Position numbers and translations under genes: made by a program
Notes under the pieces: model-generated
What the model saw: only the letters and a program-made list of their open reading frames with translations
Databases searched by the model: none
Told to the model about the DNA's origin: nothing
Shown here: in pieces, positions 38,001 to 50,864 of the stretch
Numbering within the stretch: the stretch's first letter is position 1
Layout: the number at the start of each line of letters is the position of its first letter
Assembly: GCA_904063045.1 (NCBI GenBank)
Contig: CAJFCJ010000009.1
Span: 2,294,968-2,358,967 of the forward strand
From: Dimorphilus gyrociliatus
Taxonomy: Eukaryota > Animalia > Annelida
Reading direction: 5' to 3'
Length of the DNA stretch: 64,000 nt

Positions 38001-38499
38001 GTTAACTGATTTTGGATTTTGTGCTCAAATTTCTCAAGCTGCTGAAAAGAGAAATACTATGGTGGGAACACCTTATTGGATGGCTCCTGAATTGGTTCAA
38101 CGAGCTAAATATGGTAATAAGGTGGATATATGGTCTCTGGGGATTATGGTTATTGAAATGTTGGATGGCGAACCTCCATATTTAAATGAACAACCAATTA
38201 GAGCTTTGTACTTGATTGCTTCCCATGGAAAGCCAGAAATTAAGAAGAAGGATATTTCCTACGATTTACAAGTAATTTGACTGAGAAATTACAATTTGAG
38301 AGAACATTTATGAATAATGCATTTTTAACTTTTTCAGGACTTTTTGGATTGTTGCCTAAAGGTAGAAGAGGATGCAAGGTCATCGGCGGCAGAGCTATTG
38401 AGACATCCATTCATTATTAAAAATGCTAGCGACGAACAACTTAAGCAATTGGAACGAAACATTACAGCAGCAAGAAAGGCTTTACAAAAAGAATTTTAA
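35071..38499 (+). CDS. Group I p21-activated kinase with two alternative CRIB-encoding 5' exons
   Basis: PBD exons at 35071-35255 and 35899-36095; '[11 protein letters not shown]'; kinase motifs 'VGSGASGTV', '[11 protein letters not shown]', '[12 protein letters not shown]', 'DFGFCAQI', '[12 protein letters not shown]'. Confidence 0.95.
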
Positions 38500-38535
38500 G
38501 GTTGTAAAATAACAGCTGCATTATGTGATTTCAAT

Positions 38536-38539
<4 letters not shown>

Positions 38540-38568
<29 letters not shown>

Positions 38569-38582
38569 GTGTGTGTGTGTAT
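38540..38582. repeat. (AT)n(GT)n microsatellite in the PAK 3' UTR region
   Basis: Visible dinucleotide runs. Confidence 0.85.
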
Positions 38583-39104
38583 AATTTCTCTGCTACATTC
38601 CAAGATTTTTGTTTTGATTGATAATATTCAATAATTTGTCAATGTTATTTTAAAACTTGTAAAGTTTTTTAAGATGTGCTTAAATGTTTAAAAAACTTAA
38701 GCTTTTCTCCTTTTTTCTTTTAACTCACCAGCATTTTTATTTCGATAGATATTCATTTGTTATTCAGGAATGTGTACATTGACTAGACAAGAAATGAGGA
38801 TATTGTATATGGAACACTCTCTTCTTCTTTTAGGTACATTCAGAAATGTAAAATATTCGCTCATAATACTTTATCGTAACGTAATTTCATTAAATTCAAT
38901 ACAAACAAATACTAATCATTATGTGATTATTTTTATTGGATACGGATATTGTCCTTAATTGTTCCTTTTTTGAAATAAATTTAAATAAAACAAAATATTG
39001 TCAATCATTTAAGTATATCGTCTAATGTAGAGGTTGATTGAAGTACTTTATTAATTATGTAATTAGATTAGCCATATTTATTCTCGTCATAAAGCTTTTT
39101 TAAG

Positions 39105-39497
39105 TTAACACCCACTTATGCCGGGAAATTTTACGTCGTTTGTAACTTCTGCTTTCCAAATTATAACTTTTCCTGTACGTTTATCCAGTTTTTTCATAAA
39201 TCCTTCTATAGGTTCTTTACTTTTTTCTTTGTCATCGTCACTGTTCTTCGATAAGAGATCGTCGATATCAGAATTAAATCTATTAGGAGAATTATTTTTA
39301 TCCTTATCAATAGATTTGTTTTCGGGACTTTTCTGGAAATTACAATAGGCTTCACAATAGCAATTTATCGTTTGATTACACTTTTGTAAGCGTTCATTAT
39401 AGGATTGGCAGCGTTTAAAATCTGATGTATTATTATTATTGTTATTATTAATACTTCTGCTACTTTTATTAGTATTGATCTCTTTATGATTTTTCAT
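39105..39497 (-). CDS. Orphan hypothetical protein (Asn-rich N-terminus, Cys cluster, basic/hydrophobic C-terminus)
   Basis: 130-aa ORF in very AT-rich DNA with plausible composition. No family recognised. Confidence 0.5.
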   Translation of the reverse strand: MKNHKEINTNKSSRSINNNNNNNTSDFKRCQSYNERLQKCNQTINCYCEAYCNFQKSPENKSIDKDKNNSPNRFNSDIDDLLSKNSDDDKEKSKEPIEGFMKKLDKRTGKVIIWKAEVTNDVKFPGISGC

Positions 39498-40245
39498 TCT
39501 TTATTATAGACTTTTCTAAACTGATTTTAAAATAACTATGACATTTTTCAAAGTAAAAACAGCAAATTTATAAGAAAACATAGGCCAAGCTTTTTTGAAC
39601 AGATTATAAAATATTCTATTGTTCTCTATATTTTTCTATATATTTTTCTTTCTATTCATATTACTACCTAACTCAATAACATTAGGATTAACTCGACTCA
39701 TTCTTTGAATGAATATACTAATTTTAATAACAAAGAGAAACTTAAAAATTTTAAACATATATCTATGTGTACTATTATTAAAATTTAAGTTTATCGAATA
39801 TATTTAGACTAGCTATTGTTTCTTTAATCATATTTTATTTCCAGTATAAACTTCTTAACTCTTTCTTTTATCGTTTTTCATTTATGTTCTGAATTTTTAA
39901 AAAAATGACTGATTTTATCGTAAATATCGTAATTGCTTGTTATAATTGAGTAATAATAGAATAATTATGAAAATTGGTTCGAAAAAAAATATTTACGAAA
40001 ATGCGTTTATCGTGTGACAACTTCCTGTTTCCAATGTGATAAGTATTTCTTGCAAAATCGCTCAAATTAATCACTAAGGAAAAATCGTCTAATTTTGCCA
40101 TTAAATTAATGGAAAGGGATTATTTATTAACTTAATTTTTTGGTATGAATTAAAGAGGTTAAAGACCTGTTGTAATTCTCCCAAATATAATAGACCAAAG
40201 CTGTCCAAAAATATTTAGTTTGACTGTGATAGTATAAAAGTGAAT

Positions 40246-42435
40246 ATGGCTTCATCAGCTAAGAAATACCATCATATCCGTAAGTTTTAATAAAAAATTT
40301 TGTTTTGTAAACTAATAGTTCATTTTTACAATTTGTATTCAATCTTTCTTTAATAGAAGAGATTGTAGCCCACTCTTCCAAAGTTAACTGTGTTGCACTT
40401 GGCCAAAACTCTGGGAGAGTCATGGCTACTGGTGGTGAAGATAAAAAAGTTAATTTATGGACCACTGATAAGCCTAATTGTATTATGGTAATTATTAAAT
40501 TTATTTGTTTTTGAGGGCGATAACGAAGAGAAAAGTAATTTTGTAACATTTTAATAAGTAATTTTCAATATCTTTTGACAAGAAATAAGAATCCATAGAG
40601 GATGGATTCAACCTAAGAAAGGCTATAACGGCTCTTGACAGTTTTAAATTTATTTGAATGTCTTTCAATCTCTTTATCGCTTTCTATTCATAAAGAATGC
40701 ATTGTGCATTGAATGGAATTGAACTAGAACAAACTATACAGACTCTCTCGGGCCATACAAGCGGCGTGGACTGCGTACAATTCAACAAAACTGAAGAACT
40801 TGTCGCAGCCGGTTCTGCGTCTGGTTGTTTGAAATTGTGGAATTTGGAACAGTGCAAAATTGTGAGAACTCTGAATGGGCATAAATCTAGCATAAAAAGT
40901 ATCGAATTCCACCCATGTGAGCGTTTTGTTCTGAGTGGAAGTACCGATAGTAATATAAAATTATGGGATGTCGAAAGAAAGGGTTGTATATTCACTTATA
41001 GAGGCCACACCAACGGGATTAATTGCGTTCGGTTTAGTCCTGATGGAAAATGGTTTTGTTCTGGATCTGACGATTCGTCAGCAAAAATATACGATATTTC
41101 CTCTGGTAAACAAATAGCACAGTTAGCCACTTCGGCTCCGGTGAAAGCAGTAGAATTCCATCCAAATGAGTTTTTGTTATGTTTAGTATCTACGGATAAA
41201 ACACTAACATTCTGGGACATAGATGTCTTTAAATCAATTGGTAGCAGTCAACCATCTGATACTACAACTGATTATCGTTGTTTAAAATTTCATCCGGCCG
41301 AAAAGTGTGTATATGCTGCAACTAATGATTATTTAAAAGTTCATAGTTGGGAGCCGACAGAATATTTAGACTCCTTGAAAACAGGTTGGGGTGCCATTAG
41401 CGATATGGCTTTTTGTCAGGATCGTATTGTTGGTGTATCGATGCTGGGATCAAACGTATCTACTTATATTGTTGATCAGAATACTTTGCGACCATTTGGA
41501 GCTTCTGGAAGGGATACTGATCGTACAGAAAAGGGAAGTTCAGACAAGCGTAGGTCATTTGCAAAAGATGAAGCATTTCAAAGAAGTAACACACCAAAGG
41601 AGGATAAATTTGAAAAAGAAGATTTTAGAACGGAATCACAAGATTCAGACAAAGCTGACATTAAAAATCTTAACGAATATAGGGCAATGTTCCAACCTAA
41701 AAAGGAGGAAAGAAGACCACTGACTCAAGGGGGCGTGAATCCAGATGATTTTCTACCGAAAAAGGTACAGTCTACTGAACTGGCTAGATCTGAGATACCA
41801 ATAACATTAAATAAGGGGCACAATTCAATGATTGGTGTCCTACAAGCAAGAGCTAAAAACCTACAGATTGTACGAGCATTATGGACGACGGGAAATATCC
41901 GAACTTCTATCGAAACGGCTGTAGGAATGAAGGATCAATCCATACTCGTTGATATATTGGACGTTATTATAAAGAAAAAGTAAATAATAAAACTATTTTC
42001 CTCAATTATTTGCATACTAATCATTTTAATCCATAGCTCCTTGTGGACTCTGGATTTAGCTGTTATTCTCTTGCCCCATTTATTGCAGCTTCTCCAAAGC
42101 AAATACGAAAAGTAAGCATAATTTTAAAACGATATCTTTAAAACAAAAGGTTAATATCATGAAAATAATCTTACAGTTATGCCATTGTTGGTCTACACTC
42201 GGTAAAAACCATCTTAAAGTGTTTTGGATCAGTAGTAAAGGCTAACGTATCCGCTCCACCTGGTGCTCCAGGCGTCGACATATCAAGAGAAGAGCGTCAT
42301 GCTAAGTGTAAAGAATGCTATGATCTTTTGTGTAAAGTTCGTCACGTTATCGATTCCCCCCAACCACCTAAACACTTGATTAAATCTGCCTCCAAATTAA
42401 AAGAAGTTAAATTTCTATTCCAACAACTCGACTGA
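40246..42435 (+). CDS. KATNB1: Katanin p80 WD40-containing subunit B1
   Basis: '[27 protein letters not shown]', six WD40 repeats, and con80 domain '[43 protein letters not shown]'. Confidence 0.97.
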
Positions 42436-42935
42436 ACAATTACGTTTACAAAGCTGTGATCACATGTTTCTCTATTCCTTATCTTTTTTCTTTTGCTCTT
42501 CTATCAGCAACTATTATCTCTTTTATTTTCTCTTTACAATTCAAACATATCTTTTACTTAAATAAAAAAAATCCACATATTTTTGCAACTTCCGCTTTTT
42601 TCCTCTTTTGCACACAAGATAGATAATATTTTTAAATTTTTTCTTCAATTTAGGTTATTTATTTTTATTTTTGCAAATTTAAAAGAAATAATGTTAATGT
42701 GCTTTTAGCTATTTTATTAAATTTAGCTTAAATTAAGGAATTTGTCACTTTTTATGTGATAAACCTCCACAAAAATAAAACGAGTTTGTTTGATCATTTG
42801 AAAGAAAATCAATTTTCTAGTTTAAACTTTCCTATAAAAGGTTTCCTACAGAACTTAAATAGAAAGAAAAACCTTTCTTTGTACTTGAATTAAATCGTCT
42901 TGACTTCGGTTCATATTATTATATTGTTTATTTAT

Positions 42936-44991
42936 TCAAATGGGTCTCACTTCACATACAAGTGACAAATGGTCAGACGGAAAGACCGCGTTTGGTAGAG
43001 CGGTCATCTGTGTCACATGTTCATGTGCCGGCATTGGTATGGTTCTAAGTACTTCAAATTTATCGCTTTCGACGAAAACATAATCAAGACATCCATGAAA
43101 AGATGCTATATAATTTGTGTAATCGGGGTAACCAGTGGCACTTTTGAACTTGAACAGCGATTCAAAATTCCAATTTGGAACGTACTGAGCTTCACCATCC
43201 GAAAAGAACGCTTTATGATTATTATTAATTTTTCCATCCTGTAACAATTGAACAGCACCAGATAGTGGATCCGAATTGAAATCACCGCAGAAAATTATCT
43301 TAGGTTTAACGTCCTAAAAGGATTAAAACAAGATAAATATAGTATATTTCAAACAAAAAATAATTATCAATAAATTCAAATTTTGTTTACTTTTAAATTC
43401 TTCAAAACCATTTCCATATGTTTAAGGCTTAAATAAGCTTGAATAACCCTTATATGATCCGCGGTAGGATGAAAGTATGAATGTGTATTGCCGATTAAGA
43501 TATCATCTCTATTACCTCCTTTGCATTTTACATGTATGAGTTGTAAGGTGTTCTTTCTGGGCATAATTTTCTCTTTTAATAGATCTTTAGAAAGTATTTT
43601 ATCTTTAACATCCGAATTGTAATCTTTTTCAATACAATCAGCCAGATGAATGCTATAGTCAGCTACAAATCTGAAATAAATAAATAAATAAATAAACAAA
43701 GAGTTATTAATACTTAAATTCACTAATTTATTAATACTCGAATTTGTTTCTATTTATTAAAATAGAGCATCCTTCTCCCGTACTTTCTTTTTTTTGCCTA
43801 AAGAAACATTCAAATCCTAATATATCGAACTTTGGTTGTAAATCGTTATAAAAGATTTTCTTATCTAATTCTTGTAGGCTAATAATATCAGCATTGAAAC
43901 CTTCAAATAAGGAAATTTTGTTAGATAGTTGAATTATTAATATTGTTATTATTTTAATTACCAATTAATTCTTTTATGTATAATTGTTTCCTATAGTCAG
44001 TTGAAAGGGCGTACGCAGGGCAATATGGATATAAAACTGCTTTACTATAGTCTGTATCAGCGTATAAACCAGCCAGTACGTTATAGGTAACAACTCGAAT
44101 ACTGTAATAAATAGGTATTTGTGATAAAAACAAGAAAATAAATCAAATATTTAAATGAACCTATCTTTATCACAAGGCTCAGTCGTGTATAAATGACGTT
44201 CTTCGAAAGGACATACGCCTGGTCCAGCGCTAATTGTACATTTAGACTCTCCACTCTTTTCCTGACCATTTTTATCCTTATTCCTTGGTAAAATTGTACA
44301 TTTTATTCTACAACCAATATCGTTAACGGATGGTCTAAATTCTCTTTCGTTAGATAATTCAACCCAACTTGTGGTTACAACCCTTTTACCATTTTGTAAT
44401 TCTACTTCCTTCTTCACTTCTTTTGACCAAGTAAACTTTGATATTTGAAGGTCCGTAAAGTCACTTTCAACTCGAAAAAGTATAGGAAATCCAGCAAGGA
44501 TACTACTTGATAAATTAATACTTTGAATAGTTGGTATGTTAACTTCAATCTTAAACTTTTCATCAGCGATCTTCATAATTCCGTCTTGTTTCCAAGCGTC
44601 TCCAGTTTTTGTTGATAGGTCTATAACTTGATCACCTTCTAACAGAGATATATCAATCTCAGTCGGTGATTGAATATCCTGTTTATTTTTCTTTTTTGAT
44701 GATCTGTTGAATTGAGATTTTTTATCCAAATTATTCATTTAACCAATCAAAAACTTACTTTTCAATCCATTTAATAAGATTTTGAGATAACCTATTGATT
44801 GTTTCTGAGAGATTTTCGGTTTTACTCCGGTTCATATTAAATTCCCTAGTTTTATCATTTAATTTATAAGTAAAATTAATATGAATTCTTTCCTCATCGT
44901 CAACGTTTCTAACGTAAACAGTGCTAAGAGACATATTGTATTTCAGACGATAGAGTTGACTAAACAATTTTCGTCCTCGACCAAGTATCAT
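42936..44991 (-). CDS. PDE12: 2',5'-phosphodiesterase 12 (mitochondrial EEP deadenylase)
   Basis: N-terminal 'INFTY..FNMNRSKTE', 'DIGCRIKCTILPRN', 'GPGVCPFEERHLYT', EEP motifs 'ISLQE', 'NTHSYFHP', 'CGDFNS', 'YTNYIASFHGCLDYVF', 'PSDHL'. Confidence 0.95.
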
Positions 44992-45363
44992 ATATGAAAG
45001 ACTATCAATCTTTCACAACACTGTTGAGAACTTGTTATTTCCTATTGTGCAATCTAAAGAGCATGGGCACAGTTAAAAAAACCTCCACGAAATTCGAGTT
45101 TGAGTTACCTGGTAGAGAGAATATTTCTCATAATCGGTGGATTGAACTCGAAAAAGTTTATTCATCTGTTTGCGCGCCTTATAGAACTCCTATAAACTTA
45201 TTTTATAGATTTATTGACAACCACTAAGAGTTATCTCTTTTATTTCTTAAACCTTACAATTCTATACGCTCGAATACAAAGAAAAACGAAATTTTCTAAT
45301 AAAGAATATATTTGCAAGTAATTAATATTTTTCTAAACTTTCGCATTTGATTTATCAGATAAT

Positions 45364-47095
45364 TTATTTCATGTTTAACAACATACTCTCAGGATTTTCG
45401 AGATAATTTTTCCATACATTAGAAAATCTGGCAATTGATGCTCCGTCAACAACTCTATGATCAGCCGACCAAGAAACATTCATAACATTTCCAACTTTAA
45501 CATTTTCATTTTCATCAAAAACTGGTATTTTTCTTAACTTTCCTAATGCACCGATAACAACCTATATAACAAAGAAAGAACAGTAAGTTATGAATTGATT
45601 ATTTGTTATTTCAAATATTACTTGATCAGGCATTAAAATTGGAAAAGCATAAGTTCCACCAATTGTTCCAATATTTGAAAGAGTAAATGTTCCACCCGAC
45701 AGATCGTCTTGTCCTAGTTTTCCTTCGCCACCTAAACTAATTAACCTGTTCAATTCGACGGCAACTTGCAGAAGACTTAAATTTTGAACATTTTTAATGT
45801 TAGGTACTATAAGGCCTTGAGGGCTATCCAATGCTAAAGATATATTATGATTAGAGTAATAAAGAATATTTTCACATTTTTCATCAACTGAAGCATTCAT
45901 TTGTGGATATTCCAATAAAGCCAAGGACGCAGCTTTGATAAAGAATGGCATAAATGATAACTTTACGTCATACTTCGATGCAAGTGATTTCAATTCATTT
46001 CTAGTTTCGATCAATCTGCTTAATTCCAATTCGTCTTTATACCCAAAATGTGGAATCTTTAGTGCATTAGTCATTGACTTCACCATTGCTTTTTTCATTC
46101 CCTTTATTGGTTCCTTTTTATCTGCCTGTTCATGATAATAGACATTTAGTTGTTATGTAACATTATAAACAAAACTTTATATTCAATAAGCTATAAAAAA
46201 TAAAACTTAACAGTTAAAGGTGCTGCTGGAGTTGAAGGGACAAAAGTACTTGGTTTCATCGTTTCAACTGATTTCGGTACTGCAGGTGTTGGTGAAGCGA
46301 CTTCTTTTGGTTTCGCCGTGAAGTTGTTTAAATATCTCAGAACATCTTCCTTTAATACTCTTCCCTGTTTACCTGTTCCAGCAATTTCAGACAACTCCAG
46401 GGAGTTTTCAACAGCTAATCTTCTAACTGCGGGTGTTGCTAAGATTTTACCACCGGATGTAAATTGTTCCACTGATGATACTTCAGCTGGCTCTTGAGAT
46501 GATTTAGATATAACTTGATCGTCAAAATCAATTTGACTTTGAGAGGATTCTTCATCCTCAACTTCAATATCAACTAAGGGATTTCCCACAAGAACAACAT
46601 CATCAATCCCACAATATAATTTCCTAACAATTCCATCATATCTACTAGATATTTGAGTCGTAGCCTTATCACTCTGTACGTCACATAATGCATCAAATTG
46701 GGCCACTGTATCACCTTCTTTCACGTGCCATTCTGTTATAGTTACTTCCCTAATACCTTCACCAATATCAGCTAGTTTAAATGGAACGATCTCGGCGCAG
46801 TAAGAAGTAGTATGAAAATATCTATTCTTGACAAAATTTTGGCGGGGAGCTAGGACATGTCTTATATATGTTGAAAGCTGATGGTTTCGATTTATCTGTA
46901 GATAGAATTAACAAAACAAAAAAAAATTTTAATATGTAATTATCATTAAAGAAAACAAAGATATTATTTCTTCCCTACGCAAAGATAAAAAATAAAGCTA
47001 TATAATTTTGTCGAATAATAAATTGCTATTCAACAAACCTTACGATAGTGGTTTATAAAGTTGAAAATTAGACCTCTTCGTCCTAGAGCCGCCAT
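45364..47095 (-). CDS. DBT: Dihydrolipoamide branched-chain transacylase E2 (BCKDH)
   Basis: Lipoyl domain '[29 protein letters not shown]', E3-binding '[10 protein letters not shown]', catalytic '[11 protein letters not shown]'. Confidence 0.97.
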
Positions 47096-47429
47096 ATTTA
47101 TACCGCACTGAAGTCAGGCACACTACACGAGACAGGAAGTAAACAGCCATTTTCATAGTAATCGTTTGGCGCTTATTTTATAAATTATTATTATATATAT
47201 TATATTCATTTTACAAGATTCAGATAATTCTTATATTAACTTTTAATATAATTCTTTACTTAGCACAAATAATAGAATAAATTATAAATCAATTGAGTAT
47301 CAAAAATAACTCTTTCCGTGTATTATTAATCGAGACTAATATACATCATTTATCGGGCTCAAAAACAAAAAAATTTGATTATTTAGTTGGCTGAGAAACA
47401 AAAACAAATTTGATAATACTAACAAATAG

Positions 47430-48544
47430 CTATTTTTTGTTAGAATAGTCTACTAATGTATCACCCATATGCTCATTATGGGATTTGAAATTATTCTTCT
47501 TTTTATTACCCCCTTTCTTCGGTTTTCTTTTGATAACCGGCCGCTAAAAATATAATATAGATTGTCTTAGATATCTTTAAAAAAGAATAGAAATATATAT
47601 TTATTGGTTATTCTTACCGTAGCTTCTCCCATGGTTGTCATTGCGTGAATACCTTGCTTTTCAAGATATTCATCAATTTTCTTTTCATCCGTTCCCTCCA
47701 GAGGAATGGATCTCCATAATTTTTGTAAACTTTCATCTACTTTAAATTCAAACGTTTTGTCATTGTAGAATATCACTCTTTGCTTATCTTGCGGCCTTCT
47801 AACATATATGATTTGATCATTTAGATTCTAAGAAAAACAGAAAAAGAGACAGATTTAGAATAAAAAAACAATGATCTATTTATAAATTACTTTAAGATGC
47901 TTTTCAGCATTTGGAACGCTTTCTTTTATATCTACTTCAAGGATACCTCCTAAACTTTCTTGATCGTATTTCTCTAAAAGTCTCCTTAATGATTTTCTAT
48001 CTTTAGCTTGATATTTTGGTCTAAATTTAAAGAATTGACCAGGTTCTGTTTCTATTTTTGGATTGTTTGGCAGAGCCTCATTTGCAAGCCAATGTCTAAT
48101 TTTAGGTCCAGCGTCAGTCTGTCCAGTTTCTTCTAGAATTTCTTGAATGTTCAAAGAATGTGTGTCGCCTTGTAAATGCCTATCCTATATTTCAATTATT
48201 TTGAAAAGTTCAGTGACAGTATTGTTTGCCGAAATATTCTACCTACTTTCATATATCGAACAATTTTAGATAAAATACTGAATTTGTACTGAGATGTTCC
48301 AGAAGTTGACTTGTAATCAAACATTTGCGATACTGTGGATATAAATTTCATAATTATTAATAAAAAAAACTACCGCAAAAAATAACACACCTCTTTCACT
48401 TTTTGCTTTTTTGTCTAATTTATCTAAACGATCAAGTTCATCGTCTGCTTCATCTTGCCTTGGCCTCTTCTTCCTTTCAATCCCAGGATTAGCTTTCGCT
48501 CTTTTCAAGAAAGCAGTCCGTTGCTTCACTAATTCAGGATCCAT
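47430..48544 (-). CDS. GTF2E2: General transcription factor IIE subunit beta
   Basis: 'MDPELVKQRTAFLKRA', 'YKFSILSKIVRYMK', 'WLANEALPNNPKI..FKFRPKY', 'FYNDK..VDESLQKLWRSI', 'HNEHM'. Confidence 0.95.
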
Positions 48545-49008
48545 CGTTTGTAAATTTACACTAAGTATATTATCGTTCACGAACAGCCAGTCAATTAGTC
48601 GAATAGTACAAAACTAAGATGATTAAAAAGTAGGGTTCAGTATAGTGTGTAACGCAATTAAATTACTGAACAGATGAATTCTGACAGGCTTATATTTTTA
48701 AGAATATTAATGTTTTTTATCGAAAAGTATTAAGCACTATAAGTCTGTCAACATATGAATGTTAATACTAAGATGGGAGCGTCACAAGACTCTTGCTTTT
48801 TTTTCAGCTTGTCTAGTATTCGTTGAAAAAAGGTTTTAAACAATAAAAAATGCCCCGGTAGTTAATTGAATGGTCAATATAAGAGTTGTTAATTTGTTGC
48901 GTCGGGTGATGTATTAAGATCTCAACGTCAATGGTATTTAGTTATACCCATAGGAACCGCCATTTGCTTTCCTATATTTATGTTATAGGTCAAATTATCA
49001 AAAGCAAA

Positions 49009-49755
49009 ATGCCCTTCACAGAGGAGGAATGGTTGCCAACTTTAGATGAATTAGAAGTTGATGAAATTAATATGAGCTCTGCCCCTTTGAAGGCAGGAGC
49101 TCATTATTTTGGCAAGTATTGTGAAAAGGATTGCAAGGTTTGTTGAGTGATAATAAATAAAGGCTGTACGTTCGATCGGTACCTAATTCTGTTTCTCAAC
49201 CTTTAGGAGTATATGCTATGCAGCTCCGAAGAAAAAGATCCTCGAAAATGTCTAAAATATGGAAAGAGGGTAACTCGTTGTGCTATCAATTTATACACCC
49301 AAATTCGAGAAAATTGCGCTGAAGAGTTTACAAAATATTGGCAGTGCATTGATCATGCAGATGTTAATATGAATTTATCCTGGTTTGTAAGACTTTCAAA
49401 TTCATATTCCACAAAATAAGACTTTTTTGCTTCATAAAATTTAGGTGTCAGGCGACGCAAGCTATTTTTGATCAGTGTATGAAAGAAAAATTAAACTTTG
49501 AAAGGCCCAAACTTGGTTACTTAAGGTATGCTGATGGAATTTTAATACATTACATAACAACTAATTAATTTCATAAAATGTTATTATAGCAAAACGAAAG
49601 TTCTTGATTCGAGCAGGCCGCGTCCTCAACGCAATCTGCCGTTACCAGATCCTGTTCCAGAATTACCCGACTCTGCTGATCTGCCAGCAAGTGAGACATC
49701 TGATAAAAGAAAATTTGGAAGAGCAACTGGAACTTTTTGGAATGTTTTGTGGTAG
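49009..49755 (+). CDS. NDUFA8: NADH dehydrogenase 1 alpha subcomplex subunit 8
   Basis: '[30 protein letters not shown]', '[14 protein letters not shown]', 'FTKYWQCID', with CX9C pairs. Confidence 0.95.
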
Positions 49756-50358
49756 AACTGATACATCGTCTAATAGAATTCAAAATTGCTTTATATATAT
49801 TGAAAGAAAACAGTTAATTGAAAAACTAGTAAAGTTATCTTTGCAAACATATTTTTATCTTAAAAACCATTGTATAACCTACTTAAAAGAGATATGCCAT
49901 ACTTTGAAAAGTTATGATCGTAGAAAATAAGTTCCCATAACCATGGATTACGGTTTTTTTCATCGAATTATTCACTGATATTTATCGATTTAAAAATGAT
50001 CTTATCAGTTATCTAAGTAATATTTTTTTATAGGACCACTGTAATTACTCAAGAGTCTTGTTAAATCGGCAGAAATAAGCATTCGAACTCAGTTTATGAC
50101 AGGTTCGGCATCTGTCTTCGATTAGTTTCATAAGAAAAGCAGATTACATCAGGGAACCTAACAAAAGTGCATTTCGAAAGTAATATTTCCGGTTGACATG
50201 TCCAATAGCTCAGATAGCAGTCTTTGAAACAGGAAGGTTTGTGCTCAAAGCCTATTTTTGATTTGAAGGAAGGATTTTGAACAAAAATAAAGGTAGTATT
50301 TTAAAAGAATTATTGAACTAATATTTATTTTGTTTAAATGAAACTAAAAACCGTCTAG

Positions 50359-50782
<424 letters not shown>

Positions 50783-50815
50783 TGTTTTTAAATACATGTC
50801 AGTGTCAGTCAAATT

Positions 50816-50824
50816 TTTATTAAA
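50816..50824. terminator. Overlapping bidirectional polyadenylation signals (TTTATT / ATTAAA) between convergent ELOC and NWD-type genes
   Basis: ATTAAA on + at 50819-50824 overlaps AATAAA on - at 50816-50821, inside an 82-nt stop-to-stop gap. Confidence 0.45.
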
Positions 50825-50864
50825 AAGTCTTCATTTAAAAATCATACCTTTTATTATGCTTTGA

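Noticed and set aside
44994-45227. 77-aa + strand ORF between PDE12 and DBT
   Set aside because: Lies in the PDE12 promoter / DBT 3' gap and has no recognisable features.
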